Source: an uncultured Gammaproteobacteria bacterium (GTDB lineage Bacteria > Patescibacteriota > Microgenomatia > Daviesbacterales > UBA10151). Taken from it: a stretch of DNA of 64,000 bases. This document shows, piece after piece, positions 1 through 9,794 of the stretch. The notes under the pieces were generated by a model that was not told the origin of the DNA, did no database searches, and worked only from the letters and a program-made list of their open reading frames with translations. The stretch is from contig CAZYPW010000004.1 of the NCBI GenBank assembly GCA_964649615.1, positions 9,153-73,152 of the forward strand. The letters run 5' to 3'. Position 1 is the stretch's first letter. Each line of letters opens with the position of its first letter. A program made the translations under genes and the position numbers.

Positions 1-2
1 TA

Positions 3-290
3 ACTCCTGCTTTTAAACAGAAGGTTAGAATTACCAGATCTGGCTGGGATCATTTAATAAACCCCTTCCATAAAAGAACTAAAGCAGAACAAGCCAGAAG
101 GTTTGAGATATTACCTCTAGCAAGAAAATTATTGGAAGAGGCCCAAACTTTTCAGGAGCATAGAAAAGATAATCTAGGACACTATTTTGCTTTTGTAGGA
201 TATTTGGGAGGAAGAAAAATTAAAGTTGTGGTTCGTTCAAAAACTTTTCATGGACAAAAGTATTTTTATTCAGTAATGATAGTTTTGTGA
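3..290 (+). CDS. 3' part of small basic hypothetical protein, possibly BECR/PBECR-type RNase-like (truncated by window edge)
   Basis: Not in ORF track. Manual translation of frame 3: TPAFKQKVRITRSGWDHLINP...FVGYLGGRKIKVVVRSK...KYFYSVMIVL*, TGA at 288-290. Fold call is by motif resemblance only. Confidence 0.55.
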   Translation, partial: TPAFKQKVRITRSGWDHLINPFHKRTKAEQARRFEILPLARKLLEEAQTFQEHRKDNLGHYFAFVGYLGGRKIKVVVRSKTFHGQKYFYSVMIVL

Positions 291-348
291 GGCGTCTTCC
301 ACTTTATGCAGATGCAATAATGGGGTCAGGGTCAAGCCCTTCGCCTCA
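288..348 (-). ncRNA. candidate small structured antisense RNA
   Basis: 7-bp closing stem TGAGGCG(288-294)/CGCCTCA(342-348) with internal hairpins; minus-strand TTGATT-17-TATCAT promoter at 383-355 points at it. Confidence 0.35.
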
Positions 349-489
349 ACTATTATGATACTACTCCAAATTTCATAAATCAACTGTCATTTTTACCCTC
401 TATACTTTATACATAATACTTGATACTAATTCCTCCCCACCTCCAAAAACTCTGAATTTAAGCACTTTGGGAAATAGCCTTTATGAAGT

Positions 490-798
490 TCACTTATTAT
501 CCTGATACTTTCCGGTAATTGAGGGTCTAAAGTTTCTTAGAGCTTCTCTGTTCAAATCTACCAAACATAATTCATATAAATCAGTTTCAACATCAACTGC
601 CATTTGCCATATATCGCTTCCATAATCAGTGATATTTTCAGTTTTTGAAATTGTTCTCAAATAACTTTGGGCAAATTGCCTGCACAAATTTGTTTTGCTT
701 GGATATGCTCTTCCATTATCTTCAATGTCATCTTGGTAAGAATAATATGCAATAACTCCAATAAGAATTAATACAAAAATTACAAGCTTTTTATTCAC
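490..798 (-). CDS. hypothetical protein with N-terminal membrane anchor
   Basis: 102-aa ORF, KK followed by hydrophobic stretch. Confidence 0.6.
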   Translation of the reverse strand: MNKKLVIFVLILIGVIAYYSYQDDIEDNGRAYPSKTNLCRQFAQSYLRTISKTENITDYGSDIWQMAVDVETDLYELCLVDLNREALRNFRPSITGKYQDNK

Positions 799-916
799 TT
801 ATTTAAGAATGCTTAAATTTATAAGATTTGTCAATAACTCTGTCTTTTGCTTTATTTTAAATTTTTTGTTATAATTTAGGTATAAATTGATCATTCCCTA
901 TTTTTCAATTTTATTT

Positions 917-1216
917 ATGGCACAAATAATACAAACAAATCCTAAGTTAGGCAAACCACTGGATGAAAAAAAGCTAGCTCTTTTAAAAGCCCAGGAGGCA
1001 AGAGATAAAATGTTTAAATTAGTAGTTAAAATAATTAGCTGGGAAACAGATTCATTAAACAGTATAGTGGTTAAATCTTTAGATAGGATCTCTCCCACTG
1101 AATGGTCAAATTATAAAAAATATACTCTAGGGATATCTGTCCAAAGTGTAGATAAGGTAAAGCAAAAATTAGCTGAAACTTATAAAAATATTAAAAGCCA
1201 TGGTGGTTTTAAATAA
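917..1216 (+). CDS. hypothetical protein
   Basis: ORF; ATG at 917 preferred over TTG at 887. Confidence 0.5.
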   Translation: MAQIIQTNPKLGKPLDEKKLALLKAQEARDKMFKLVVKIISWETDSLNSIVVKSLDRISPTEWSNYKKYTLGISVQSVDKVKQKLAETYKNIKSHGGFK

Positions 1217-1278
1217 AACATCTGTTATATATTCTTTTTAAAAAATTCTACAGTCTTTTGCATAGCTTGAGTAACAAC

Positions 1279-2049
1279 ATGTCCTACTTTAAAATCCCCA
1301 AGGTTCAATTGATCATCACTCTTTTATTAATTTATCTAACCTCTATCTTTAAGTTTCCTACCTCCACCTCTCTTTATCTTTTAATAGCTTGTGTAAGTTT
1401 GAATGTTTTTTTTGACCTGTTATTTACATATCTTAGAAAAAGAGTCTTCTTTACCCCTTATGCAGCTATTGCTTCAGGATTAATTATGGCTTTAATCATT
1501 AACCAATCAGCTAATTTGCTTCAAATTATAGCTGCAGCATTTTTTGCCATGGGACTCAAAAACTTTTTAAGGCCAGGAGGAAGGCATATTTTTAATCCTG
1601 TTGCCAGTGGGTTATTTTTAGCTGGGTTGATTTTTGGGGAATATATTGGCTGGTGGGGAGTTTCTTTTCAAACCTTTAGTCTGCAAAATATACTTTTCTT
1701 CTTAATCCTCATGCTGCCTGGTTTGGTTTCTATATTGAGGTTAAAAAAACACTATTCTTTTTTTTCCTACATTTTAATAAGCTCACTGGCCTCCCAATTG
1801 TTTTTCTCATCTGATCCATTTTCTACCCTCTTAAATCCCTCTATCCTGTTTTTTGCCTTGGTGATGTTGCCAGAACCAATGACCTCTCCTGTTAAACCCA
1901 TAAATCAAACACTCTATGGAGCAATTATTGCCCTTATCCCTTTCCTTTTTGCCCTGCCTTTGCTTAATCAAATCCAAAATTATCTTGCCTTTGATCCCCT
2001 GCTTTTTGCTTTGCTTTTAGCTAATTTAATGTTCTTTAGATATAGATAA
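1279..2049 (+). CDS. RnfD/NqrB-like integral membrane protein
   Basis: Multi-TM; RHIFNP and MLPEPMTSP motifs typical of the RnfD/NqrB family. Confidence 0.7.
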   Translation: MSYFKIPKVQLIITLLLIYLTSIFKFPTSTSLYLLIACVSLNVFFDLLFTYLRKRVFFTPYAAIASGLIMALIINQSANLLQIIAAAFFAMGLKNFLRPGGRHIFNPVASGLFLAGLIFGEYIGWWGVSFQTFSLQNILFFLILMLPGLVSILRLKKHYSFFSYILISSLASQLFFSSDPFSTLLNPSILFFALVMLPEPMTSPVKPINQTLYGAIIALIPFLFALPLLNQIQNYLAFDPLLFALLLANLMFFRYR

Positions 2050-2053
2050 ATAA

Positions 2054-2425
2054 ATGGCATATAACAAACTGACCCCTCAAGAAAAAGATATTATTGAAGG
2101 AAAAGGTACAGAGGCTCCTTTTACTGGAGAGTACGATGATTTTTATAAGGATGGGGTATTTATCTGTAAAAAATGTAATGCTCCCCTTTTTTCATCTGAG
2201 GCAAAATTTGATGCAGGTTGTGGCTGGCCTTCTTTTGATAGTGAATATCCTAATTCTTTAAAAAGACTGCCAGATCCAGATGAGAAAAGGACAGAAATTC
2301 AGTGTAATAATTGTGGAGCTCACTTAGGACATGAATTTTTAGGTGAACACTTAACAGATAAAAATGTCAGGCATTGTGTTAACTCCTTATCCATACATTT
2401 CATCCCTAAATCAAACACTCCTTAA
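2054..2425 (+). CDS. msrB: peptide-methionine (R)-S-oxide reductase
   Basis: GTEAPFTG, CxxC, GCGWPSF, HLGHEF, RHCVNS. Confidence 0.95.
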   Translation: MAYNKLTPQEKDIIEGKGTEAPFTGEYDDFYKDGVFICKKCNAPLFSSEAKFDAGCGWPSFDSEYPNSLKRLPDPDEKRTEIQCNNCGAHLGHEFLGEHLTDKNVRHCVNSLSIHFIPKSNTP

Positions 2426-2428
2426 CTC

Positions 2429-2857
2429 TTATTCAACAATTAACATACCCTTCATGCCTGCAGCCCTGTGGCCTGGCACTCCACAGTAGAATTCAAACTC
2501 ACCTTTTTGATCTGCTACAAACTCCACAGTCTCTTCTTGTCCAGCATCAATCAGATTTGTTTTAATATTAAATTCATCAATCACAAAATTGTGGGTACCC
2601 ATGGTATTTTTGTACGTTACTCTGACAGTATCACCTTCCTTAACCCTTAATTCTGTAGGTTCAAATTTCAACCCTTTGCTGGTAACTGTTAGTTCAACTG
2701 TACCCATGGTGGATGACTGTGTGGCTGATGGTTCTTGAATCACCTCAGGTTCACCTGTTGGATTTGCTATTTGAGTTTGGGGTCTCATTAAAAGGAAATA
2801 TCCTCCTATTAAAACAGCCAATAAACCCACCACACCAACCATTATTTGTTTATTCAA
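2429..2857 (-). CDS. membrane-anchored cupredoxin-domain protein
   Basis: HNF and YCGVPGHRAAGM type-1 Cu ligands; likely TTG start at 2857 after AAGGAGGTG SD. Confidence 0.85.
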   Translation of the reverse strand: MNKQIMVGVVGLLAVLIGGYFLLMRPQTQIANPTGEPEVIQEPSATQSSTMGTVELTVTSKGLKFEPTELRVKEGDTVRVTYKNTMGTHNFVIDEFNIKTNLIDAGQEETVEFVADQKGEFEFYCGVPGHRAAGMKGMLIVE

Positions 2858-2924
2858 AATCCTCACCTCCTTTTTTAAGTATACCATCTGTTTCCTATTA
2901 AAAAAAAGGGTTAAAATATTAAAG

Positions 2925-3419
2925 ATGAAGATCAATATTCATGAAGATTATTTAAGAAGCATCCTTTTTGGATTACAGGATGGCCTGGTCTCCACCACTG
3001 GAGTAGCAATAGGAATTACCACAGGCATACAAGATAAACCAATCATTATATTGGCCTCCTTGGTAGCAGTCACAGTTGAGGCTTCCTCCATGGCTGCAGG
3101 ATTATATTCCTCTGAAAAAGCAGTCCATCAGATGGATAAAACTGGAAAGCATACAGACAATCTGCTGCTGGGTGCAGTACTGATGTTTTTTTCTTATTTG
3201 ATAGCAGGTTTTATCCCCATTACTCCCATAATTTTGTTTGATTTATCCATTGCTCCTTCTATTAGCATATTTTTAGCTTTCCTGTCACTTTTTATTTTGG
3301 GGTATATCAAAGGAAAAATAGTTGACCATAAAGCCTTTAGGTCTGCCATAGAAATGTTTATCATTGGAGGCGTTGCTACAGCCTTAGGCATATTAGTGGG
3401 ATTTATTCTGAAAGTTTAA
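2925..3419 (+). CDS. VIT1/CCC1 family Fe/Mn transporter
   Basis: FGLQDGLVST and SMAAG motifs, multi-TM. Confidence 0.85.
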   Translation: MKINIHEDYLRSILFGLQDGLVSTTGVAIGITTGIQDKPIIILASLVAVTVEASSMAAGLYSSEKAVHQMDKTGKHTDNLLLGAVLMFFSYLIAGFIPITPIILFDLSIAPSISIFLAFLSLFILGYIKGKIVDHKAFRSAIEMFIIGGVATALGILVGFILKV

Positions 3420-3470
3420 CTATCTATCTTGACATAGCTTGATTTTTGGCTTACACTATTTATCTACCTT

Positions 3471-3713
3471 ATGAGGGAAAAACCATCTACTCCAGTAGAA
3501 CAAGAAACTTCTACAGATGATGAATCTTCTGGATCTTTATTAAGACAGCTCAGAGGAATATTTGGACTTTCTAAATTACCTCTTGTTTTAAGTTCCACTC
3601 CCAGAAGAAATTATGGTAGGCGTTCAAGAAGGAGAATCTCTTCTGCTATAGGACTCTTTAAAGGTATAAAAAAAACATCAAGTTTTTCATCTACTTCACA
3701 TACTTCCTATTAA
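3471..3713 (+). CDS. hypothetical small protein
   Basis: 80-aa ORF with TTGACA/TACACT-like elements upstream; low complexity. Confidence 0.35.
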   Translation: MREKPSTPVEQETSTDDESSGSLLRQLRGIFGLSKLPLVLSSTPRRNYGRRSRRRISSAIGLFKGIKKTSSFSSTSHTSY

Positions 3714-3740
3714 AATTAATCAAAATGTTAAAATAAGCAT

Positions 3741-4850
3741 ATGTGGAAAGTAGGAATTGGAATATTAATCCTTTTTATTTTGGCAATTGGATTAACTATT
3801 TATAGAAGTAATCCTCCTCAGAAATCTCAGACTCCATTTTTTGTTCAACCTTCCGCTACCATTTCACCTTCCCCAAGTGTAGAAACACCAAAGATAGAAG
3901 TGATTGCCCAAAATTTAGAAGTGCCATGGGCCCTTAGCTTTTTGCCAGATAATTCTATTTTAGTTACAGAAAGAAAAGGCACAGTTAAATTAGTAAAAAA
4001 TGGTGCAGTCTCAGAAATTGCTTTGGATATTAAAGTTAGGCAAACTGGAGAATCAGGGCTGCATGGAATTGCTGTGGACCCAAAGTACCCTCAAGAACCT
4101 TTTGTTTATCTCTACTATACATACTCTGCAGATTCTGATAACACTTTAAATAAAGTTTCCAAATTTACTTTTGAAGGTCCGCCAGCTGGTAGATTAAAAA
4201 ATGAGCAAGTTTTAGTTGATAAAATCCCAGGAGCGCTTTTTCATGATGGAGGAAGAATAAAATTTGGTCCCGCTTCGCGAGGCGAGCCAGATGGCGCACT
4301 TTTTGTAACCACAGGTGATGCAGCCAATCCATCTTTATCTCAAGATAAAAACTCGCTTGCTGGAAAAATCTTAAGAATTGTTAACTCTAAAGTTGAGATC
4401 TATTCCTATGGGCACAGAAATCCACAAGGCATTGCTTGGGATAATGAAGGCAAACTTTGGGAGACTGAACATGGTCAATCTGCCACAGATGAAGTTAATT
4501 TAATAGAAGAAGGCAAAAATTATGGTTGGCCGACAATTCGCGGAGATCAAACTAAAGATGGGATGGTTAGTCCAAGGCTTCACAGTGGTACAAATACCTG
4601 GGCTCCGGCCGGGATGGCTTTTTTCAATGGGTCTATTTATTATGGTGGATTACGTGGCCAGGCACTTTTCCAGCTGAAATTAGATAATATGGAATTAATA
4701 GAACACTTTAAAGGAGAGTTCGGCAAAATTCGGGATGTAATTTTAGGTCCGGATCAGATGCTTTATATTACCACTTCCAACAGAGATGGGAGAGGTAATC
4801 CTTTAGTGGAAGATGACCGAATAATTAAAGTTAACCCAGAAAAACTTTAA
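3741..4850 (+). CDS. PQQ-dependent sugar dehydrogenase (glucose/sorbosone, YliI-like)
   Basis: PWALSFLPD, HDGGRIKFGP, YGHRNPQG, NYGWP motifs; N-terminal anchor. Confidence 0.9.
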   Translation: MWKVGIGILILFILAIGLTIYRSNPPQKSQTPFFVQPSATISPSPSVETPKIEVIAQNLEVPWALSFLPDNSILVTERKGTVKLVKNGAVSEIALDIKVRQTGESGLHGIAVDPKYPQEPFVYLYYTYSADSDNTLNKVSKFTFEGPPAGRLKNEQVLVDKIPGALFHDGGRIKFGPASRGEPDGALFVTTGDAANPSLSQDKNSLAGKILRIVNSKVEIYSYGHRNPQGIAWDNEGKLWETEHGQSATDEVNLIEEGKNYGWPTIRGDQTKDGMVSPRLHSGTNTWAPAGMAFFNGSIYYGGLRGQALFQLKLDNMELIEHFKGEFGKIRDVILGPDQMLYITTSNRDGRGNPLVEDDRIIKVNPEKL

Positions 4851-4875
4851 TCCTTTAAGGCTAATATGGTATATT

Positions 4876-5985
4876 ATGAAGATGAACAAGCCCAAGATAA
4901 CTTACTCTCAAGTTGGCGATGATTATTCCACCAAAGACCCAGTTAAAGTACTCGCTCAAACTGCTGCTTCACAAACTGCTAAAAATTTAACAAATCAGTT
5001 CCAAGAAATATCAGAATCCAGAGGAGAATCCGCCTATGTCTGGAAACAGGATGATATCCTGATGGCTTCAGTGATAGAAGGTTTGGGAACAAAGAGTTTA
5101 GTGGCTGATGAAACAAGAAAAATCACAGGTAAAACTTACTACGATATTGTTGCTCATGACACCATTGCCTACATTATTAATGATCTTGTTTCTGTTGGGG
5201 CAAAGCCTTTAGTTATTCATGCTTACTGGGCAATTGAAGATAACTCCTGGTTAGAAGATAAGCAACGCATGGAAGATCTAATTACAGGATGGAAAAATGC
5301 CTGTGATTTATCAGGAGCTGCTTGGGGTGGTGGTGAAACTGCCACAGATAAAGGAATTATTGAAAAAGGTACCATAGATTTAGCGGGATCAGCAGTAGGA
5401 ATTATTGGACCAGCGGAAAGATTTATTAATAGTAAAAAATTAACAGTTGGTGATAGGATAATACTTATAAAAAGTACCGGAATTAACGCCAGTGGCATAT
5501 CTCTTGCCAGAGCAATTGCTAAACGTGTACCCGAAGGTTATGGAACAAAACTTTCTGATGGCACAATTTTTGGTGAGGCAATTCTAATCAAATGTAATAT
5601 TTATGCAAAATTAACTCAAGATCTTTTGGATCAGGGTATAGATATTCATTATATGAATTATATTTCCGGACATGGTTTAAGAAAAATTATGAGAGCAAAA
5701 AGAGATTTTACTTACATGGTTGAAAATATTTTTGAACCACAGGAAATTTTTAAATTTATTCAGCAACATGCAGGGATTGATGATTATGAAATGTATCAAA
5801 CTTATAATATGGGACAGGATTGTGTTATTTTCTTAACTAAAGAAGATGTGGAAAAAGCCTTAGAAATAATAAAAGAAAATGGATTTGAGGGAATGGATGC
5901 AGGATATATTGAGGCAGGTGAAAGAAAAGTTTTAATAAAGCCCAAAAATATCATCTTTGGAGGAGAGACTTTGGATCTTCGTTAA
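4876..5985 (+). CDS. purM: phosphoribosylformylglycinamidine cyclo-ligase (AIR synthetase)
   Basis: EGLGTK, INDLVSVGAKP, GGETA, TYNMG; purine cluster context. Confidence 0.9.
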   Translation: MKMNKPKITYSQVGDDYSTKDPVKVLAQTAASQTAKNLTNQFQEISESRGESAYVWKQDDILMASVIEGLGTKSLVADETRKITGKTYYDIVAHDTIAYIINDLVSVGAKPLVIHAYWAIEDNSWLEDKQRMEDLITGWKNACDLSGAAWGGGETATDKGIIEKGTIDLAGSAVGIIGPAERFINSKKLTVGDRIILIKSTGINASGISLARAIAKRVPEGYGTKLSDGTIFGEAILIKCNIYAKLTQDLLDQGIDIHYMNYISGHGLRKIMRAKRDFTYMVENIFEPQEIFKFIQQHAGIDDYEMYQTYNMGQDCVIFLTKEDVEKALEIIKENGFEGMDAGYIEAGERKVLIKPKNIIFGGETLDLR

Positions 5986-6968
5986 CCTCGCTCTTCATAC
6001 GTTCTGTGGGCCTTGGGAATCAGTTTTTCACTCATTGAATCGCCGCTATAGATACACTTAATTGCTTCTGCGAGTAGCGGCGCCACAGAAACAATTGTAA
6101 TTTTTGCATTATTTCTCATCTCATTTCTGACAGGCACGGTATCCGTAATAAAAATTCTCTCAAAATTTGCCTCTTTAATTCTTTTGACGGCAGGATCTGA
6201 AAAAAGTCCATGAGTTGCAACAGCTGATACAGTTTTTGCCCCTCTAGCTTTTATTAATCTTGCCGCCTCACAAATTGTCCCGGCAGTATCGATCATATCA
6301 TCAACAATTAATACATCCTTATTCTCAACTTCTCCAATCAAATCCAAAGCCTTAGATTCGTTTGGCTTTTGAGGGTTCCTTTCTTTATAAACTATTGCTA
6401 TGCCGTCAGCATTTAATAAATCTGCATAAAATGTGGCCTTTAAAACTCCACCTTTATCTGGTGAGGCAACTATCAAATTTTTGGGGAAAGTTTTTTGCAA
6501 AACCGGCAAAAAAGAGTAAGAGGCATATAAATTATCCCAAGGGATCTCTACAAATCCGGGTTCCTGTTCGCTGTGAATATCCACAGTCACAATCCTGTCT
6601 GCCCCGGCATATTCAATAAGCCTAGCAACAATCGAGGCACTGATAGGCACTCTTGGCCGATCTTTCCTGTCCTGTCTGGAATATCCGAAATAAGGAATAA
6701 TTGCAGAAACCTCAGTTGCAGAAGACCTTTTGGCAGCATCAATAATTAAAAAAAGTTCCATAATATTGTCGCTGACAGGAGGGCAGGTTGGCTGGATTAT
6801 GAAAACGTCCCGTTTTCTTAAATTTTCAGGAATAATAACTCGTTTTTCACCATCTGCAAAAGTAGAAATAGTCTCATCCACATTTTTCCCCAAAATTTGG
6901 CCAATTCTCTGCGCTAGCTTTAAATTAGCTGTTCCTGTTAATAAAACAAAACCATTATCATTGGCCAT
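5982..6968 (-). CDS. prs: ribose-phosphate pyrophosphokinase
   Basis: FADGE, PYFGYSRQDRK, VDDMIDTAGT. Confidence 0.97.
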   Translation of the reverse strand: MANDNGFVLLTGTANLKLAQRIGQILGKNVDETISTFADGEKRVIIPENLRKRDVFIIQPTCPPVSDNIMELFLIIDAAKRSSATEVSAIIPYFGYSRQDRKDRPRVPISASIVARLIEYAGADRIVTVDIHSEQEPGFVEIPWDNLYASYSFLPVLQKTFPKNLIVASPDKGGVLKATFYADLLNADGIAIVYKERNPQKPNESKALDLIGEVENKDVLIVDDMIDTAGTICEAARLIKARGAKTVSAVATHGLFSDPAVKRIKEANFERIFITDTVPVRNEMRNNAKITIVSVAPLLAEAIKCIYSGDSMSEKLIPKAHRTYEERG

Positions 6969-6983
6969 AAAAGTTATACTTAA

Positions 6984-7919
6984 TTATACAATATTTTTTA
7001 GATTTTCTTTAATTCTTTTTTCTATTGGATATTCTCCTGCTTGGAATTTTTTACCAGTGATTTTTTCATAAATTGTGATATACCTTTCCGAAACTGCTTT
7101 TTGTAAGCTACTTGGCATTTTAGGAAGCCTGCCATCACCTTTATATCCGCGCCTGGCGTACCAAAGCCTTAAAAATTCTTTATCAAAATTTTCAGGTTCT
7201 AGTCCCTTTTTAAACCTATCTTGATATGTTCTTTTGACCCAAAATCTGGAAGAATCCGGAGTATGAATTTCATCAATTAAAATTAATTTTCCCTTATTAT
7301 CTAAGCCAAATTCATATTTAGTATCAACTAAAATAATTCCGGCTTTTTTACAAATTTTAGTCCCTCTTTCAAATAATCCTAGTGCAGCTAGCTTCATTTG
7401 TTTCCATATTTTTGGGGAAACAACCCGTTTTTGCAGAATATCTTCTTCCGTTAATCTTTGGTCATGGCCTGATTCTGCTTTGGTGGTTGGAGTTATGACC
7501 GGTTTTGAAAGTTTCTGGTTTTTTTGTAATCCTTGCGGAAATTTTATGCCGTAAATTACTCTTTCTCCTGCCTGATAAGACCCCCAAATAGAAGTATTGG
7601 TAATACCTGAAATATAACCCCTAACCACCATTTCTATGGGAATAGGAGTAGCATTTTTACCAATAGTCACATTTGGATCAGGGACTGAAATCATATGGTT
7701 AGGAATTATATCTTTTGTCTTTTCAAACCAAAATTGAGCCAATAAATTTAATACTGCACCTTTGTACGGGATATGCCCTAAGATAACATCAAATGCAGAG
7801 ATTCTGTCTGTAGTAATTAAAATTCTTCTTTGACCTTCAACAATATAGAAGTCCCTGACTTTACCGCTATGTTTTTCACCAAAACCTTTTAAATTTACAG
7901 TTTTTAATATCCTGCTCAT
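6984..7919 (-). CDS. purC: SAICAR synthetase
   Basis: GKVRD, TDRISAFD, DTKYEFG, DEIHTPDSSRFW. Confidence 0.97.
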   Translation of the reverse strand: MSRILKTVNLKGFGEKHSGKVRDFYIVEGQRRILITTDRISAFDVILGHIPYKGAVLNLLAQFWFEKTKDIIPNHMISVPDPNVTIGKNATPIPIEMVVRGYISGITNTSIWGSYQAGERVIYGIKFPQGLQKNQKLSKPVITPTTKAESGHDQRLTEEDILQKRVVSPKIWKQMKLAALGLFERGTKICKKAGIILVDTKYEFGLDNKGKLILIDEIHTPDSSRFWVKRTYQDRFKKGLEPENFDKEFLRLWYARRGYKGDGRLPKMPSSLQKAVSERYITIYEKITGKKFQAGEYPIEKRIKENLKNIV

Positions 7920-7921
7920 TT

Positions 7922-8404
7922 CTACTCTTTTAATTTAGCTGCCTTTTCCTCAACACCTAAAGCCAGTTTATTTTTGTATTCTATTAATTTTTTCTCAAGT
8001 TCTTTATCTGAAGTTGCCAAAATTTGTACTGCTAGAAGCCCTGCGTTTTTAGCATTGTTTATCCCAACTGTGGCAACAGGAACTCCGGGGGGCATCTGCA
8101 AAGTTGCTAAAAAAGCATCTATCCCGTTTATCGGACCACTCTTTAAGGGAATCCCAATTACAGGAAATGGGAAGTGCGCGGCAACTATACCAGCTAAATG
8201 TGCAGCCAGTCCTGCTCCGCAAATTATTACTTTTACTCCATCTGCTTTGGCTTTCTCCACCAATTCTTTAGTTCTTTCAGGAGACCTATGTGCAGAGGAA
8301 ATCGTTAACTCATATTCCACTCCAAATTCTTCCAAAATTTTTCCAGCCTCCTTCATGGTGCCTAAATCAGAGTCAGATGCAGATATAATGAGTACTTTTT
8401 TCAT
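7922..8404 (-). CDS. purE: N5-CAIR mutase (class I PurE)
   Basis: SDSD, SAHRSP, AAHLAG, QMPPGVPVATV. Confidence 0.97.
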   Translation of the reverse strand: MKKVLIISASDSDLGTMKEAGKILEEFGVEYELTISSAHRSPERTKELVEKAKADGVKVIICGAGLAAHLAGIVAAHFPFPVIGIPLKSGPINGIDAFLATLQMPPGVPVATVGINNAKNAGLLAVQILATSDKELEKKLIEYKNKLALGVEEKAAKLKE

Positions 8405-9792
8405 GAATATTTTAAACTAGCAATTTTTTGTGCAATTGTCAAAGACTTATTTTTGGCAGTACCTGTATGATTTTTTACATCAAGCAAATCCAGAATATCT
8501 GCGCTTTTTAAATATTTTCCGATTTCCGGATTGCTCTCTAACAAATCTTCCATCTGGTTCACTTCTCCATTTTGAATAACCTCCCATGCTTTCATAGAGA
8601 TTTCTCTTAAAACTTCATGCATTTTTTGCCTGTTGGCACCTTTTTTAACAGCCTCAACAATAATTACCTCTGTTACAGAAAAAGGCCAATATGTTAATAA
8701 GTTTTTCGTTATTCGTTTATCGTTTATCGTTAATCCATCAATAATATTATTTGCAGATATTAACATTTCATCTATGCTTAAAAACATCTCAGGGATAGCA
8801 ACCCTTCTATTGGCAGAATCATCCAGAGTCCGCTCAAGTAACATGTGTGAAGCATTATCCCAGGACGTTCTGGATAAACTAACAACCAGTCTTGCAAGCG
8901 AGCAGATCTGTTCGGATTTAACAGGATTTTTCTTAAAAGGCATGGCAGATGAACCAACTTGTTTATCCCCAAATGGCTCCTGCCATTCTCCAAAATTTGC
9001 CGACTGCATAATACGCAAATCAAAAGCAAACTTATTCAAACTTTGCGCAATTGATGCAAGTAAATTCCCCAACCAAACCTCTATTTTTCTGGGAGATGTT
9101 TGATTTGTGATTTCATATGCTTCTATCCCCAGTTGCTCTAATACATTAACTTCCATCTCTTCGGCTTTTTTCTCATCCAGCAATTTTATATAACTTGCGG
9201 ATGTTCCCACCGCCCCTTTCATACCTTTGCCCTTTAAATTCTTTTTAACAAATTGTAAAAGTTCTAAGTCCATTAAAAGATCTTGCGCATAAAACGCAAA
9301 TCTATAACCTAACGTTGTAGGTTCTGCCGGTTGCAAGTGGGTATACCCCATACAAACAAAGCCAGCATATTGTTCAATTTTTTTGCCAAAACTTTTCAGC
9401 AGTTTAATTAATCCGTTTTCTATAATACTCAACGCTTCAGAAATTCTGATAGTTTCACCATTATCAGAAATATCCATTGAAGTAGCACCAAGGTGAATTT
9501 TTCCTCCCCCAATCTTTGCCTTTTCTGCAAACTCTTTGATAGCTGCAACAACATCATGCCTTACGTCTTTTTCAATTTCCCAAATTCTTTCTATATTCAA
9601 ATTATCCTGATGATTTTCTAAATCTTCCAGTTCTTCTTTAGATACCAAACCTTCTTCACTTTGAGCCCTTGCTAACTCTACCCAAACCTTTCTCCAGATT
9701 TTGTATTTATTTTCTTCAGACCAAATTTTCCTCATTTCGCCTGAGCCATACCTCCAGGAAAATACTGATGTATAATTTTTAAAATCTTTCAT
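8401..9792 (-). CDS. purB: adenylosuccinate lyase
   Basis: RHDV, HLGATS, THLQPAEPTT, GSSAMPFKKNP. Confidence 0.97.
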   Translation of the reverse strand: MKDFKNYTSVFSWRYGSGEMRKIWSEENKYKIWRKVWVELARAQSEEGLVSKEELEDLENHQDNLNIERIWEIEKDVRHDVVAAIKEFAEKAKIGGGKIHLGATSMDISDNGETIRISEALSIIENGLIKLLKSFGKKIEQYAGFVCMGYTHLQPAEPTTLGYRFAFYAQDLLMDLELLQFVKKNLKGKGMKGAVGTSASYIKLLDEKKAEEMEVNVLEQLGIEAYEITNQTSPRKIEVWLGNLLASIAQSLNKFAFDLRIMQSANFGEWQEPFGDKQVGSSAMPFKKNPVKSEQICSLARLVVSLSRTSWDNASHMLLERTLDDSANRRVAIPEMFLSIDEMLISANNIIDGLTINDKRITKNLLTYWPFSVTEVIIVEAVKKGANRQKMHEVLREISMKAWEVIQNGEVNQMEDLLESNPEIGKYLKSADILDLLDVKNHTGTAKNKSLTIAQKIASLKYS

Positions 9793-9794
9793 AA

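Noticed and set aside
288-348. tRNA gene
   Set aside because: Only 61 nt; no TTCG T-loop, D-loop GG or anticodon arm
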